A stretch of DNA of 59,370 bases from a virus (lineage: Duplodnaviria > Caudoviricetes): positions 1 to 59,370 of IMG/VR virus record IMGVR_UViG_3300025872_000062, one strand, 5' to 3'. The notes below the pieces were generated by a model, which saw only the letters and a program-made list of their open reading frames with translations, was not told the DNA's origin and did no database searches. The stretch's first letter is position 1; every line of letters starts with the position of its first letter. This document shows positions 1 to 9,639 of this stretch, in pieces. A program made the position numbers and the translations under genes.

Positions 1-763
1 GACGTACGACATCACGAACAACGCCGGAAACATCGTCAGGATACAGTAAATGGCCACGGTATATTTCGACCCGCCATACGACCCGATGACGCAAGGACCT
101 ACTCAATTGTCGTCGATCGAGGACGCAACAACGGACCTTGTCGGCTTTGCATTCCAAGCCGAGGAGGACGCCACCGTTGTTTCGGTGTTGTTCTATATTG
201 TCACAAAGACCGGAACGCCGGGAACGGTACGCGCCGGGTTCCAAGGAGTCAACGCTTCGACGGGGCTCAACGACGGTGTGTGGCAATCGTATGTCGACGT
301 CGCCGGAACATCCATAACGGCAGGCGGGTACAACACATTCACGCTTTCGACGACTCAAAATGTCACACGCGGGCAATTGTACTGCATCGTAATACAGCCG
401 ATAAGCGGAACGTGGAATTCGACGAATAGCATCGCCGTCTGGTACGGGCGTGGCAACTCATATCCGTGGTCTGGTTTGCCATACGCATTCACCAACACGA
501 CTGGCACAACGGCAAAAGTAACAACCAACCAACATTTGTTCTGGGGATATAGGTCGGCAACGAAATCGTATGGAACCCCGATGTTCTACATCGGAAGCGG
601 CGCTAGAAACGTCAATACGAATCCAAACGAATATGGAAACCGGTTTACGCTGCCGTCTACACGTGGCAAGCAATTCACACTGCTGGGGATCAATGCCAAC
701 TTGCTACTCGATGCTGGAGGTACGTTTTCGCTAAACCTCTATGATTCCAACTCAAACCTAATT
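1..763 (+). repeat. Terminal direct repeat, copy A
   Basis: Gap-free alignment to 58608-59370 (offset 58607); about 42 substitutions by hand count, all between positions 118 and 636. Confidence 0.97.
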
Positions 764-1108
764 ACTACACGCTCTTTTGATTCCGATCAGGCCGTAAATC
801 TGGGGCAGGATGGTACATACCAAATCCTATTTACCGATTCCGCGCTGCCTACGTTGTCTTACGGAACGCAGTATATAGTCGGTCTGAAAGCATTGAGCGT
901 GGCAAACATGAGCATGGCCTTCACGTGCGTGACAATCCTGCAAGACCAGACGGCGTTTTTGCGATCCACTATGAGTATGATTCAGCGGAAAGACTCTGGC
1001 GTGTGGCAGGTTAATGCCAATTTGATCCCGTCGTGGCAATTGATGATACGCGATACGAGTGGCGGCGGTGTCGGGTATCCAGGCATGACCGGCGGCATGA
1101 GAGGTTGA
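50..1108 (+). CDS. Putative virion structural / receptor-binding protein, paralogue 1 (352 aa)
   Basis: T/S/G/N-rich beta-type ORF in the structural operon; clearly homologous to the next gene; ends YPGMTGGMRG. Confidence 0.7.
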   Translation: MATVYFDPPYDPMTQGPTQLSSIEDATTDLVGFAFQAEEDATVVSVLFYIVTKTGTPGTVRAGFQGVNASTGLNDGVWQSYVDVAGTSITAGGYNTFTLSTTQNVTRGQLYCIVIQPISGTWNSTNSIAVWYGRGNSYPWSGLPYAFTNTTGTTAKVTTNQHLFWGYRSATKSYGTPMFYIGSGARNVNTNPNEYGNRFTLPSTRGKQFTLLGINANLLLDAGGTFSLNLYDSNSNLITTRSFDSDQAVNLGQDGTYQILFTDSALPTLSYGTQYIVGLKALSVANMSMAFTCVTILQDQTAFLRSTMSMIQRKDSGVWQVNANLIPSWQLMIRDTSGGGVGYPGMTGGMRG

Positions 1109-1112
1109 CGCG

Positions 1113-2189
1113 ATGCCTCAATCTATGTGGATACCGCCACTGATCGGTATGGGCACGAACGTCACATATGCTACATCGCTCGAGGATTCAACGAGCGATC
1201 TAGTCGGCTGGGCGTTCATGCCGGAGGAGGATGCAACGGTTGTATCCGTTTTGATTTTTCTCTATCAGAAAACTGGATCGCCGGGAATGGCCAGGATCGG
1301 TTTTCAGGGATGCGACGCGACTACCGGTCTCAATGATGGCGTTTGGCAGTCTTACGTCGACACCGATATGTCGACTGTGGGCGCTGGCGGTATACGGACA
1401 TTTACACTCGGGACGACGCAAAACGTATATCGCGGGCAAACGATATGTATCGTGATCCAGCCCCTCAGTGGCACATGGAATGCGTCGAATTCCATCAGCA
1501 TTTCGTGGGGCAGGACAAACGCTTACCCGTACAACAACCTTCCGTACGCTTTTGCGAACACGACCGGCACGACGGCAAAAATCAGTACACGCGGCTACGT
1601 GACGTATGGATATAGGTCGTCCACAAAAACATATGGGACTCCGTTTACCCCGGGTCTTTCTGGCACTTGGAACGTGAATTCCACCAATAACGAACTGGGC
1701 ATACAATTCACTCTTCCAGCGACGTGGGGGAAAACATTTACGTTGGTCGGCATCAACGCGACGCACCGTTTCATTTCGGGTTCAGGAAGCAACGCAACGT
1801 TCAATTTGAACCTCTACGACGCGGCATCGAATTTGCTTGCACAACGATCGTTCAATTCAAACGAAGTAATGATTCCAACAAGCAACCTAGAAACGACGTA
1901 TCAATTTTTTTTCGACGAATCAACGCTGCCTACGTTGTCGTACGGTAGCCGATATATCGTTGCAATGCACGCGACAAATACGGTCGACCAACGGTACGTC
2001 CAAACAGTGGTATTTGCGGCAGGAGACTGGAGTGCGGTGACAGATGCCGAATACGTGCAGGCAAGCCGTGCCAACGGTGGAACATGGGGAACGAATTCGC
2101 TATTGTCGATGAACTGGCAACTGATGATACAGGACACGACATCTGGTGGCGTTACGTACGCCGGTATGACCGGCGGGATGCGAGGTTGA
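1113..2189 (+). CDS. Putative virion structural / receptor-binding protein, paralogue 2 (358 aa)
   Basis: Shares EEDATVVSVL, TGLNDGVWQSYVD, LPTLSYG and the terminal GMTGGMRG with 50-1108. Confidence 0.7.
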   Translation: MPQSMWIPPLIGMGTNVTYATSLEDSTSDLVGWAFMPEEDATVVSVLIFLYQKTGSPGMARIGFQGCDATTGLNDGVWQSYVDTDMSTVGAGGIRTFTLGTTQNVYRGQTICIVIQPLSGTWNASNSISISWGRTNAYPYNNLPYAFANTTGTTAKISTRGYVTYGYRSSTKTYGTPFTPGLSGTWNVNSTNNELGIQFTLPATWGKTFTLVGINATHRFISGSGSNATFNLNLYDAASNLLAQRSFNSNEVMIPTSNLETTYQFFFDESTLPTLSYGSRYIVAMHATNTVDQRYVQTVVFAAGDWSAVTDAEYVQASRANGGTWGTNSLLSMNWQLMIQDTTSGGVTYAGMTGGMRG

Positions 2190-2190
2190 T

Positions 2191-3177
2191 GTGAGCAAAA
2201 TACTCCTACGTCGTGGCGGCACGTCCAACATCATCAGGATGTTTTTGCAGGACGCGACTTCGCCAAGCGGAGCTGGCAAGACTGGCCTTGCCTACAATTC
2301 AGCCGGACTGATCATTTCAACAATTGCGGACGTGGAGGCAACCGCGACAACCTATACAGCCGCCCTCACGACGATTGAAACAGTCGGAACAATCGGCACA
2401 TACGCTGCTCCTACCCCGACCAAATGCCGATTCAGGGAAATTGACGCAACCAACTTCCCGGGCGTGTACGAAATCCAGATTGCCGATGCTCGGTTCAACG
2501 TTGCGAACTCAACCCAATTGATCGTATCCGTGCAGGCTACAGGCGTCGCGACCGTCTATGCGGAGTTTCAATTCACTCTGGCAGACCTCCTCGACGCAGT
2601 CCGGCTAGGCCTTACTGCTCTCCCCAACGTGTCGTCCGGCTCCGCTGGTGCTATCATCACAAGTGGCACCGGCACGGCGCAATTGTCCGTGTCCAGCGGA
2701 GCGGTCACTGTCGGCACCGTCAATTCCGGTGCGGCAACCACAATTGAGAACGCCGTATGGGATGCGACAATGTCCAGCCATACCGGCTCCACAACGTATG
2801 GCGGTCGGATCGTCCGCGCGGCGAACAGCAATGTGACTACGTTCATCACAGGGGCGCAACACATTGCTGCTGATATCCATGAGTTGCAACCCGCTGTGAT
2901 TGATAACACGCACTTTGCGGCTGGAGCAATTGATAGCAATGCATTTGCACTAAGTGCTGCCCAGGAAGTTGCAGATACAGTTCTTGGTAGAAATATTGCT
3001 GGTGGTTCCAGTAGTGGGCGAACAGTTACCGAAGCACTTAGATTTATACGGAATAAATTTACAGTCGTTGGAACTACTCTTACCGTCTACCAAGAAGATG
3101 ACGCAACGGTATCCTGGACTGCAACAGTTGGAACAACTGCTGGAGCAGACCCGATTACGAGTAGCGTTCCTGCGTAA
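2191..3177 (+). CDS. Putative virion structural protein (328 aa)
   Basis: A/T/G/S-rich ORF coupled to its neighbours (GTG start 2 nt after the upstream stop). Confidence 0.65.
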   Translation: MSKILLRRGGTSNIIRMFLQDATSPSGAGKTGLAYNSAGLIISTIADVEATATTYTAALTTIETVGTIGTYAAPTPTKCRFREIDATNFPGVYEIQIADARFNVANSTQLIVSVQATGVATVYAEFQFTLADLLDAVRLGLTALPNVSSGSAGAIITSGTGTAQLSVSSGAVTVGTVNSGAATTIENAVWDATMSSHTGSTTYGGRIVRAANSNVTTFITGAQHIAADIHELQPAVIDNTHFAAGAIDSNAFALSAAQEVADTVLGRNIAGGSSSGRTVTEALRFIRNKFTVVGTTLTVYQEDDATVSWTATVGTTAGADPITSSVPA

Positions 3178-3443
3178 TGGCTATCGGGTTTAGGTCATTC
3201 GCCGCATTCTGGATTGGAGGAATCTCATCCATTGGGCCGGAGCCTTCATGCCCATGCCCAGAATGGCTTCCAGACGGAACGCTTATAAATTCTTTCGTCA
3301 ACTTGAATGAGACTACATGCGTTGGATATGATCAATCCATTACTCTTGTAAATAACTTTGCTCAAGTATCGGAACAGTCTGGTAATTCCTACAAGCAAGG
3401 AATTACATTGACCAACAATTGGGTCAAGAGGAATTGCGAATAA
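3177..3443 (+). CDS. Hypothetical protein (88 aa)
   Basis: TAATG overlaps with both neighbouring genes. Confidence 0.65.
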   Translation: MAIGFRSFAAFWIGGISSIGPEPSCPCPEWLPDGTLINSFVNLNETTCVGYDQSITLVNNFAQVSEQSGNSYKQGITLTNNWVKRNCE

Positions 3444-6400
3444 TGCCACAAAATGTACGATCCTCAGCCCCTACATTCCAAGCACTAACGGTTGGAGATC
3501 GTTTGTGGCTCGGCATGGATACTTATACCGATCCGAATAAAATTGCTGATGGGTATGCCCAGCGAATTACTAACCTAGTTGTTCAAAACGGAAGTCTTGT
3601 TCAGCGAAAAGGATTCCAATGCCAAACAACGAATGCTATTTCTGGATCGTATTGGTCATCGATTCCAGTTCGGGCTGGTAAGAATACTTCGTCTACGGCT
3701 GTTCTTGTTGGAGAATCAAATGGATCCCTTGATACTGGATTCTGGAAATTTGATTCAAATCATTCAGACGCATTGCCTATTCCAATGTCCTCTACTGGGA
3801 CATTGACGTTTTCCAATATCGAGCCTGACAGAGTTCGTATGGCTCAGTTTGGTCGTTATATTTATGTAGCTCCTGGCATTGCTGCAACTGGAACTGATAG
3901 CTATCCACTTCGCATTGATACAAATACAAAAAGCCAAAAACTTCTATCGGTCACACTTGGAACAAATCTTTTCACATATAATAATCATGGATTAGTTGCC
4001 GGAGATCCAATCGTAATAACTGACGTTACGGCTGGAACTCTTCCTGGTGCGCTTGCAACAAATACTGTCTATTTCGTAACTCACGCAACCACTAATACGT
4101 TTTATATTGCAAGTTCACTTCCGACGTCCACTACTACGTCGGTTAGCCATATTACGTTTGCAACGCCATCGCCTACTTGTACGGTCACTGTAGTAACTAC
4201 CCTTAAGGGAGAAACTGTACCTGTTGCGACTGGATTGACAGAACTGTCTCCAATTGCAGAACCGTTTCCTTTTGTCGCGAAGTCAATTCCGACAAGCAAT
4301 GTTTATAACATAGTAACAAATGGAACTGCTATTGGATCATCATCACAGATGCTATCCAATGCAGATTTTACTGGAACGAATAACGTTGCTCCTGCAAGTT
4401 GGACTCAATTTGTTACGTCTGGCAATAGAACGGTCACAATTAAAACTGCATTTCCTCCTAACTCTACTGCTGACTATAAGATCCTTATCGATGATGATTC
4501 AGATGCTGGAATCTTCCCAGGTGTTTATCAGCAAGTAACTCCTGTTACTGAAACAACTACCCTATATAACGGAAGCGTTTCGGCAACATGCTTGATGTAT
4601 AGGTTTAGTGTTCGGGCTATACATTTTGATCAGATTACAACTCCCAGGCGAAGGCCAATAGCCGTTCGTGTACGCGGAACAAAATTGTCTGGAGCCGTTC
4701 AAGTTCCGATTGATGGGTGCATTGTTGAAGAGATTGTCAATCTGAATCCTACTTTGAATCCAGATGGCTATTCGATCATTGATGTAATTGCGGACTTTCG
4801 CGACTTCAAAGATGAACTTACAAGCACTGGAAAGATTCAAGTTGAAATTCAAGCGGCGGCTGATTTTGGCGTAACGAGTGGAAGTTATGCACAATTTGGG
4901 CTGTATGTGGACTATGCATATCTTTATCCACATGCAGCAGTAGCAAAAACATCCAACCTTGATACAACTGTTGATCCAGATAATAAGTTGGTTCGTATTA
5001 GGGCAACGAGTCTAAATACGAATACAGCGGCATACGCAGGGTATGTTCGCGATAGGCATTTTTATTACAATACAACCACTGCCTATACAGTCAATCTAAC
5101 TACGACTGCTACGCATACTGCAACATCTCCTTCGACTGCCCCAGATAACGGTACTCCAGTATCGTTTACAAGTGTAGGCACTATAACTGGCATTGCAACT
5201 AATACGACTTATTACGTTGTGAATAAATCAGGTGCAACATTTGGCCTATCTGCAACATATGATGGGACTGCAATAACGCCTGGCGGGACTGCTGCTTCTG
5301 GATTGACAATGACAGCCGGGGTTTATCTGAAAAAAGCCGATTCGGTTAGTTGTCAGTTCTATCTAAATCCACAATTTCAAAATCAAAATCCTACGTTTAG
5401 TATCGGTATTCAAAGCGGTACATCAACATCGATTACATGGGGTCCACGCGGAGCGTATTCAGAAACCCTTAGGTATCTGACGTTTTCCTTGTCGTCATTT
5501 GCTAAATCGGATCTTGAAAATGTAAAGGCTATTTACATTAGAGTAAATGATGATTACTTTGTAAGTACAGCAGATGATGCAGCGCCAGTCTCACAAAGTT
5601 CTATTTTGTTTTATATTGGGCAACTGGTATACAACGGAGAACTACAGAATCAGGGAATGTACGAGTATGTGTTCTCTCGTTGGAAAAGTGCCCCTGCATA
5701 TAGCACGGATACAAGTTCTGCGACATTTCTTGTAAAAGCACCCTGGACATATCAAAACTCTGTAAGTACTTACTTTGGCGGAGTCGAAAGTCCCCTGTCT
5801 AAAGCAAGTGTTCCTCTTCGCACGAACGAAGCAGAAAGCCGAATTAAACTAACTATTAGTGCCAGCGATTTCAAAGATTCATCTGGCATTGGTTACACGC
5901 ATCTGCTTGTTTACCGTCGGAATAGTTCGACTTTTCCTGATGGAAAATTCAGGTTGATAGCCCAAGTCAATATTGCAGGAGCAACGCCATCTCTTAGCAG
6001 TAGCTCGGCAAATATATTCTTGGATAGCACAACAACAACTGCTACAAGCATCGTATTGATCGACAATATTGGCGATACTGAACTGTTGTTCGATAAGCCA
6101 ATTGGACAGACAGGTTATGTGTACCGGGATGGCAAGGATTTCTTTCCCCAGGGATGCGAGAGCATTGCCATTCATCAACAACGTATTTGGTTTTCAAAAG
6201 CAAATACGTTGTATGCTTCCTGGCTTTTGGATTCTGATAATGAGTATTCGCTGCATACGACCATAGTTCCTATAGCAACTGATCCTTCACTTCCCGTCAA
6301 GGGAGCATCCTTCGATATCAGTAGCAATAATGACTATGAGCCGATTGTCTCGATGGTGTCATTCAGTGGTGAAGGACTAAGCAAGAATAGTTCTTCAACA

Positions 6401-7357
6401 AACGCTTTGCTTGTGCTGCGTAACAATAGCATTCTTCCAGTTCTTGGTACAGATGCATCGAACTTTTCTGTTCTTGGTTTTGTACGAGAAGCAGGATCTG
6501 GCTGTATTGCTCCTTTGTGTGCGCAGACTGTCAATGGGCGTGTATGGTGGCTATCCAACTCTGGCATAAGTCAATACACTGATGGATTGCCAGAGATGAT
6601 GAGTCGCCCCCTGGATAGGTTGATCAATGCAAGAAGCAACAACGCATTGTTCAATCCTACATCTGGCAGTTTGACTATAGACCAGTCGTTGCAAAGGACA
6701 AGCTCCAGCGTATTCTTTGACAAGAAGTTTATTTTTACATCTGCTCAACCTGGCGGTACGGCAGTAACAACACTTTTTGTTTTCGATACCGCAACGAATG
6801 GTTGGTTTGAATGGTCATTCCCGCAGCCGACATCTGGCAGTGCAACGCAGCCGCGTTCTATGTTTGCATTTGACTCAAACTACGATGCTCCTGAGCTTTA
6901 TGTTGCTGCATCAAATGGTCATATTTATAAGTACACTGGAACTCAGGATAAACACACAACCAGCCTTACGTCTTTTGACTGGGCATTGCTTACTCGGCAT
7001 TACGGGCAAACGTATAGCCAGGGACAAGCATACTATGCACAAAATCGAGTGCACCAAATGGATATCCATTTGGATACTTCTTCCTCACTAGCAACCAACT
7101 GGCGCATTTACAATCAAGATCAACCACAACTTGTGTCGCCAATTTTCAATAATCCATCTTTCACGTTCTATGCATCTGGAACATGGACGTTTGGCAGTGG
7201 CAATAAATCTGTTGCGATACGCAACATCAAGAAAGATCTTCGAGGTACTTCTTACTCGGTGCAACTTTCTGGAACATCGCTATCTGGAGATAACTACTTT
7301 AGGATTTATGGAATCCTTTTGCATGTTAATGAGGGCGGTATAAGGAGGGTGAACTAA
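3443..7357 (+). CDS. Tail nozzle / stabilisation-like protein (about 1304 aa) with inserted beta domains
   Basis: N-terminal GMDTYTDP...NLVVQNGSLVQRKGF and propeller-like C-terminal half (GSGCIAP, VWWLS, VFDTATNGW) resemble podovirus nozzle proteins; lies before the ejection-type genes; ATG overlaps the upstream TAA. Confidence 0.65.
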   Translation: MPQNVRSSAPTFQALTVGDRLWLGMDTYTDPNKIADGYAQRITNLVVQNGSLVQRKGFQCQTTNAISGSYWSSIPVRAGKNTSSTAVLVGESNGSLDTGFWKFDSNHSDALPIPMSSTGTLTFSNIEPDRVRMAQFGRYIYVAPGIAATGTDSYPLRIDTNTKSQKLLSVTLGTNLFTYNNHGLVAGDPIVITDVTAGTLPGALATNTVYFVTHATTNTFYIASSLPTSTTTSVSHITFATPSPTCTVTVVTTLKGETVPVATGLTELSPIAEPFPFVAKSIPTSNVYNIVTNGTAIGSSSQMLSNADFTGTNNVAPASWTQFVTSGNRTVTIKTAFPPNSTADYKILIDDDSDAGIFPGVYQQVTPVTETTTLYNGSVSATCLMYRFSVRAIHFDQITTPRRRPIAVRVRGTKLSGAVQVPIDGCIVEEIVNLNPTLNPDGYSIIDVIADFRDFKDELTSTGKIQVEIQAAADFGVTSGSYAQFGLYVDYAYLYPHAAVAKTSNLDTTVDPDNKLVRIRATSLNTNTAAYAGYVRDRHFYYNTTTAYTVNLTTTATHTATSPSTAPDNGTPVSFTSVGTITGIATNTTYYVVNKSGATFGLSATYDGTAITPGGTAASGLTMTAGVYLKKADSVSCQFYLNPQFQNQNPTFSIGIQSGTSTSITWGPRGAYSETLRYLTFSLSSFAKSDLENVKAIYIRVNDDYFVSTADDAAPVSQSSILFYIGQLVYNGELQNQGMYEYVFSRWKSAPAYSTDTSSATFLVKAPWTYQNSVSTYFGGVESPLSKASVPLRTNEAESRIKLTISASDFKDSSGIGYTHLLVYRRNSSTFPDGKFRLIAQVNIAGATPSLSSSSANIFLDSTTTTATSIVLIDNIGDTELLFDKPIGQTGYVYRDGKDFFPQGCESIAIHQQRIWFSKANTLYASWLLDSDNEYSLHTTIVPIATDPSLPVKGASFDISSNNDYEPIVSMVSFSGEGLSKNSSSTNALLVLRNNSILPVLGTDASNFSVLGFVREAGSGCIAPLCAQTVNGRVWWLSNSGISQYTDGLPEMMSRPLDRLINARSNNALFNPTSGSLTIDQSLQRTSSSVFFDKKFIFTSAQPGGTAVTTLFVFDTATNGWFEWSFPQPTSGSATQPRSMFAFDSNYDAPELYVAASNGHIYKYTGTQDKHTTSLTSFDWALLTRHYGQTYSQGQAYYAQNRVHQMDIHLDTSSSLATNWRIYNQDQPQLVSPIFNNPSFTFYASGTWTFGSGNKSVAIRNIKKDLRGTSYSVQLSGTSLSGDNYFRIYGILLHVNEGGIRRVN

Positions 7358-7797
7358 TGCCAACTCTAGGAACCCTTACAACTCCAGAAACATTGACAGG
7401 GCAGCGTCTTGGTGCATCAAGAATCATATATAAGAACGAAGCAACCAATCTAGGCCAGGAATTCATTCCATATACAAACGCTGGATTTGTTATTGTGAAT
7501 CTGACCGCTGCTGCCACGTTGACAGATACATCTCCGTTACTGGTCAGATGCGATACCACATCTGGTGCATTTACAGTGACATTGCCGCCTACGTCTAAAG
7601 CCTACAATGGATTCTTCCATATAGTTAAAGTAGACTCTGCGGCGAATTCAGTAACCATAGCAATAGATTCCACTGACACATGGTATGGGTCAACGACTCC
7701 ACAAACATTGGCTTCCCAGTGGAAGTCGGTTACACTTATTGCAGCTTTTGATGCAATCAGTAGTATTAGCGGATGGCATGTAGTTGCTTCTACTTAA
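7357..7797 (+). CDS. Small structural protein (146 aa)
   Basis: CDTTSGAFTVTLP...IVKVDSAANSVTI motif typical of small phage tail-associated beta domains. Confidence 0.6.
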   Translation: MPTLGTLTTPETLTGQRLGASRIIYKNEATNLGQEFIPYTNAGFVIVNLTAAATLTDTSPLLVRCDTTSGAFTVTLPPTSKAYNGFFHIVKVDSAANSVTIAIDSTDTWYGSTTPQTLASQWKSVTLIAAFDAISSISGWHVVAST

Positions 7798-7818
7798 TAG
7801 GAAGCGATAGGCAATACA

Positions 7819-9639
7819 ATGGCAAAACCACCTTCTTATTATTCTTCCACTGTAAATCCTAGGGTTAGAAATCCGCGAAACCCTTTGTTTCCAGCTAGCA
7901 GTTTTGGAATTTATCCTGGTGCAACAATTGACCCAAGATATATGATTGGGGAATATCCAGTTCCATTTCTTGCATCGAATACATATGGCCTATTTGGCCC
8001 AAAAGAAGGTGGCAGTGGCATGTATATTGTGCCATCTACACCACCTAAGCCTAGAACGATTGCGCCAACAAGTTCAGGGCAAGGATCTATTTCTTTCAAT
8101 CCATTTGAAGTCCCAACTTTCTCTGTTACTCCTGGATCAGGACTATCTCCTGGCGGGAACATTCTTCCTACTTTTGCTAATCCAGCTATTCCTGAATCGA
8201 ACCTAGCTCTATTTGAACCAAGCGGTAAGCGTAGTCTTGGATCGCAATATGCCCAGTTTGTACAAGGTGTTCAATCTTGGGGCAATCCAGATGCTCGTTT
8301 GCAAAAGACAATGGCTCCATACAGTGGCGCATTGCAAACACAATCAGTCAATCGCTTCCTGCAGAAGCCGAGCGCTGAGACAGCTGTTGGTGCTGGCGCA
8401 ACGTATGCATTGAATGCTAATCCCTATTATGCGGGTGTCAATATGATTACCGGTGGTGCACTGGATAAAGGTGTTCAGCGAGGCATCTCTTGGTTTGGGA
8501 ATCAGCTTCGCGGCAATCGTAAGCCACCGCCTGATCCAGCAAAAGTCAGTCAGCAGTTGGCTCTTGCAAATGCTACTGCGGATGCGCGTAATCGCTATTT
8601 GCAGATGTATCAGGAGAGCCGCAAGAATCAACAACAGGCCGATGAGAACATTGGGCTGTATCGGCAACAAGCTGAAAACCTGGCTGCATTTGGATTGTCT
8701 CCCCGTCAAACAGTTGGTCAAGTTGCAAGCGCATTGCCCACTGCCGCAACTGAAGCTGCACTTGCCTCTACGCAAGCTAGTGCGGCACAGCGTGGAATTA
8801 CTGGTGGCGTTCCATCTGGTGCAGAAGCTGCACTTCGTGCTGGCATGGCTCAAGCTGCCGGTCAAGTTGGTACTGCCCTGACTCAAGACGTACTTAATCG
8901 TGCTGACGCAATGCGTGGTCAGCTCTTTCAGTCCGATATGTCTCAGAGACAGCAAGCTGCACAAAATGCACTTGCGTCTCTTGGCGCTGCAACGGAACTA
9001 CCATTTCAACTTCAAGCAGCAAATCTTGCTGAGCAGCGCCAGCGTGAAGCGCGTGATCAGCAAATCTATGAGCGGCGTCAAGCTGAACAAGGACAGATTG
9101 GACAACTTATTGGGCTGCTTGGCCCAAGTATTCTTGAGCGATTCGGGAAAAAAGGCGTTACTCCTACAGATGCAACTGCCACTCAACCTGGCAATGGATT
9201 TGGTGCATTGGGTGGACCAGGTGCATTTGGCATCAATCCGAATACAAACCGTGGTTATTATCTAGATCCATCTGGAGCAGCCAGGGATTTTGATACTAAT
9301 GAGATCATTACAGATCAGTGGGGTCGTCCTGTGCAAGGAGGAGATTTCAATCCTGCTCCAGACTATACGAATCCATTTACTGGTGAAACATATTTCACTG
9401 GATCGGATGGAAAAATGTATAGCACTGCAACAGGTGCTCCACTTTATCCATCTGAAGGCACTGCTGCTGCTGGAGGTGCTGCTAGTTCTGGGAAAGTTGT
9501 TGAGACGCGAACTCAAATTATGCTGGACATGGCTAATCAGAATGCAAAAGTTGGCGATGTTGCATCCGTTGTTCCTGAACAATTGAAAAAGTATGGATCT
9601 TTTGTCAAAGGGCCAGACGGATTGTGGAGGAAACTGTAA
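7819..9639 (+). CDS. Putative internal virion / DNA ejection protein 1 (606 aa)
   Basis: A/Q/G-rich helical low-complexity ORF after the nozzle gene, as in P22/T7-type ejection operons (synteny inference). Confidence 0.55.
   Translation: MAKPPSYYSSTVNPRVRNPRNPLFPASSFGIYPGATIDPRYMIGEYPVPFLASNTYGLFGPKEGGSGMYIVPSTPPKPRTIAPTSSGQGSISFNPFEVPTFSVTPGSGLSPGGNILPTFANPAIPESNLALFEPSGKRSLGSQYAQFVQGVQSWGNPDARLQKTMAPYSGALQTQSVNRFLQKPSAETAVGAGATYALNANPYYAGVNMITGGALDKGVQRGISWFGNQLRGNRKPPPDPAKVSQQLALANATADARNRYLQMYQESRKNQQQADENIGLYRQQAENLAAFGLSPRQTVGQVASALPTAATEAALASTQASAAQRGITGGVPSGAEAALRAGMAQAAGQVGTALTQDVLNRADAMRGQLFQSDMSQRQQAAQNALASLGAATELPFQLQAANLAEQRQREARDQQIYERRQAEQGQIGQLIGLLGPSILERFGKKGVTPTDATATQPGNGFGALGGPGAFGINPNTNRGYYLDPSGAARDFDTNEIITDQWGRPVQGGDFNPAPDYTNPFTGETYFTGSDGKMYSTATGAPLYPSEGTAAAGGAASSGKVVETRTQIMLDMANQNAKVGDVASVVPEQLKKYGSFVKGPDGLWRKL

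Noticed and set aside
1-763. Diversity-generating retroelement (template/variable repeat pair)
   Set aside because: Differences from copy B are mostly synonymous third-position changes of all base types, not adenine-specific; no reverse transcriptase seen. The same applies to the endolysin duplicate.
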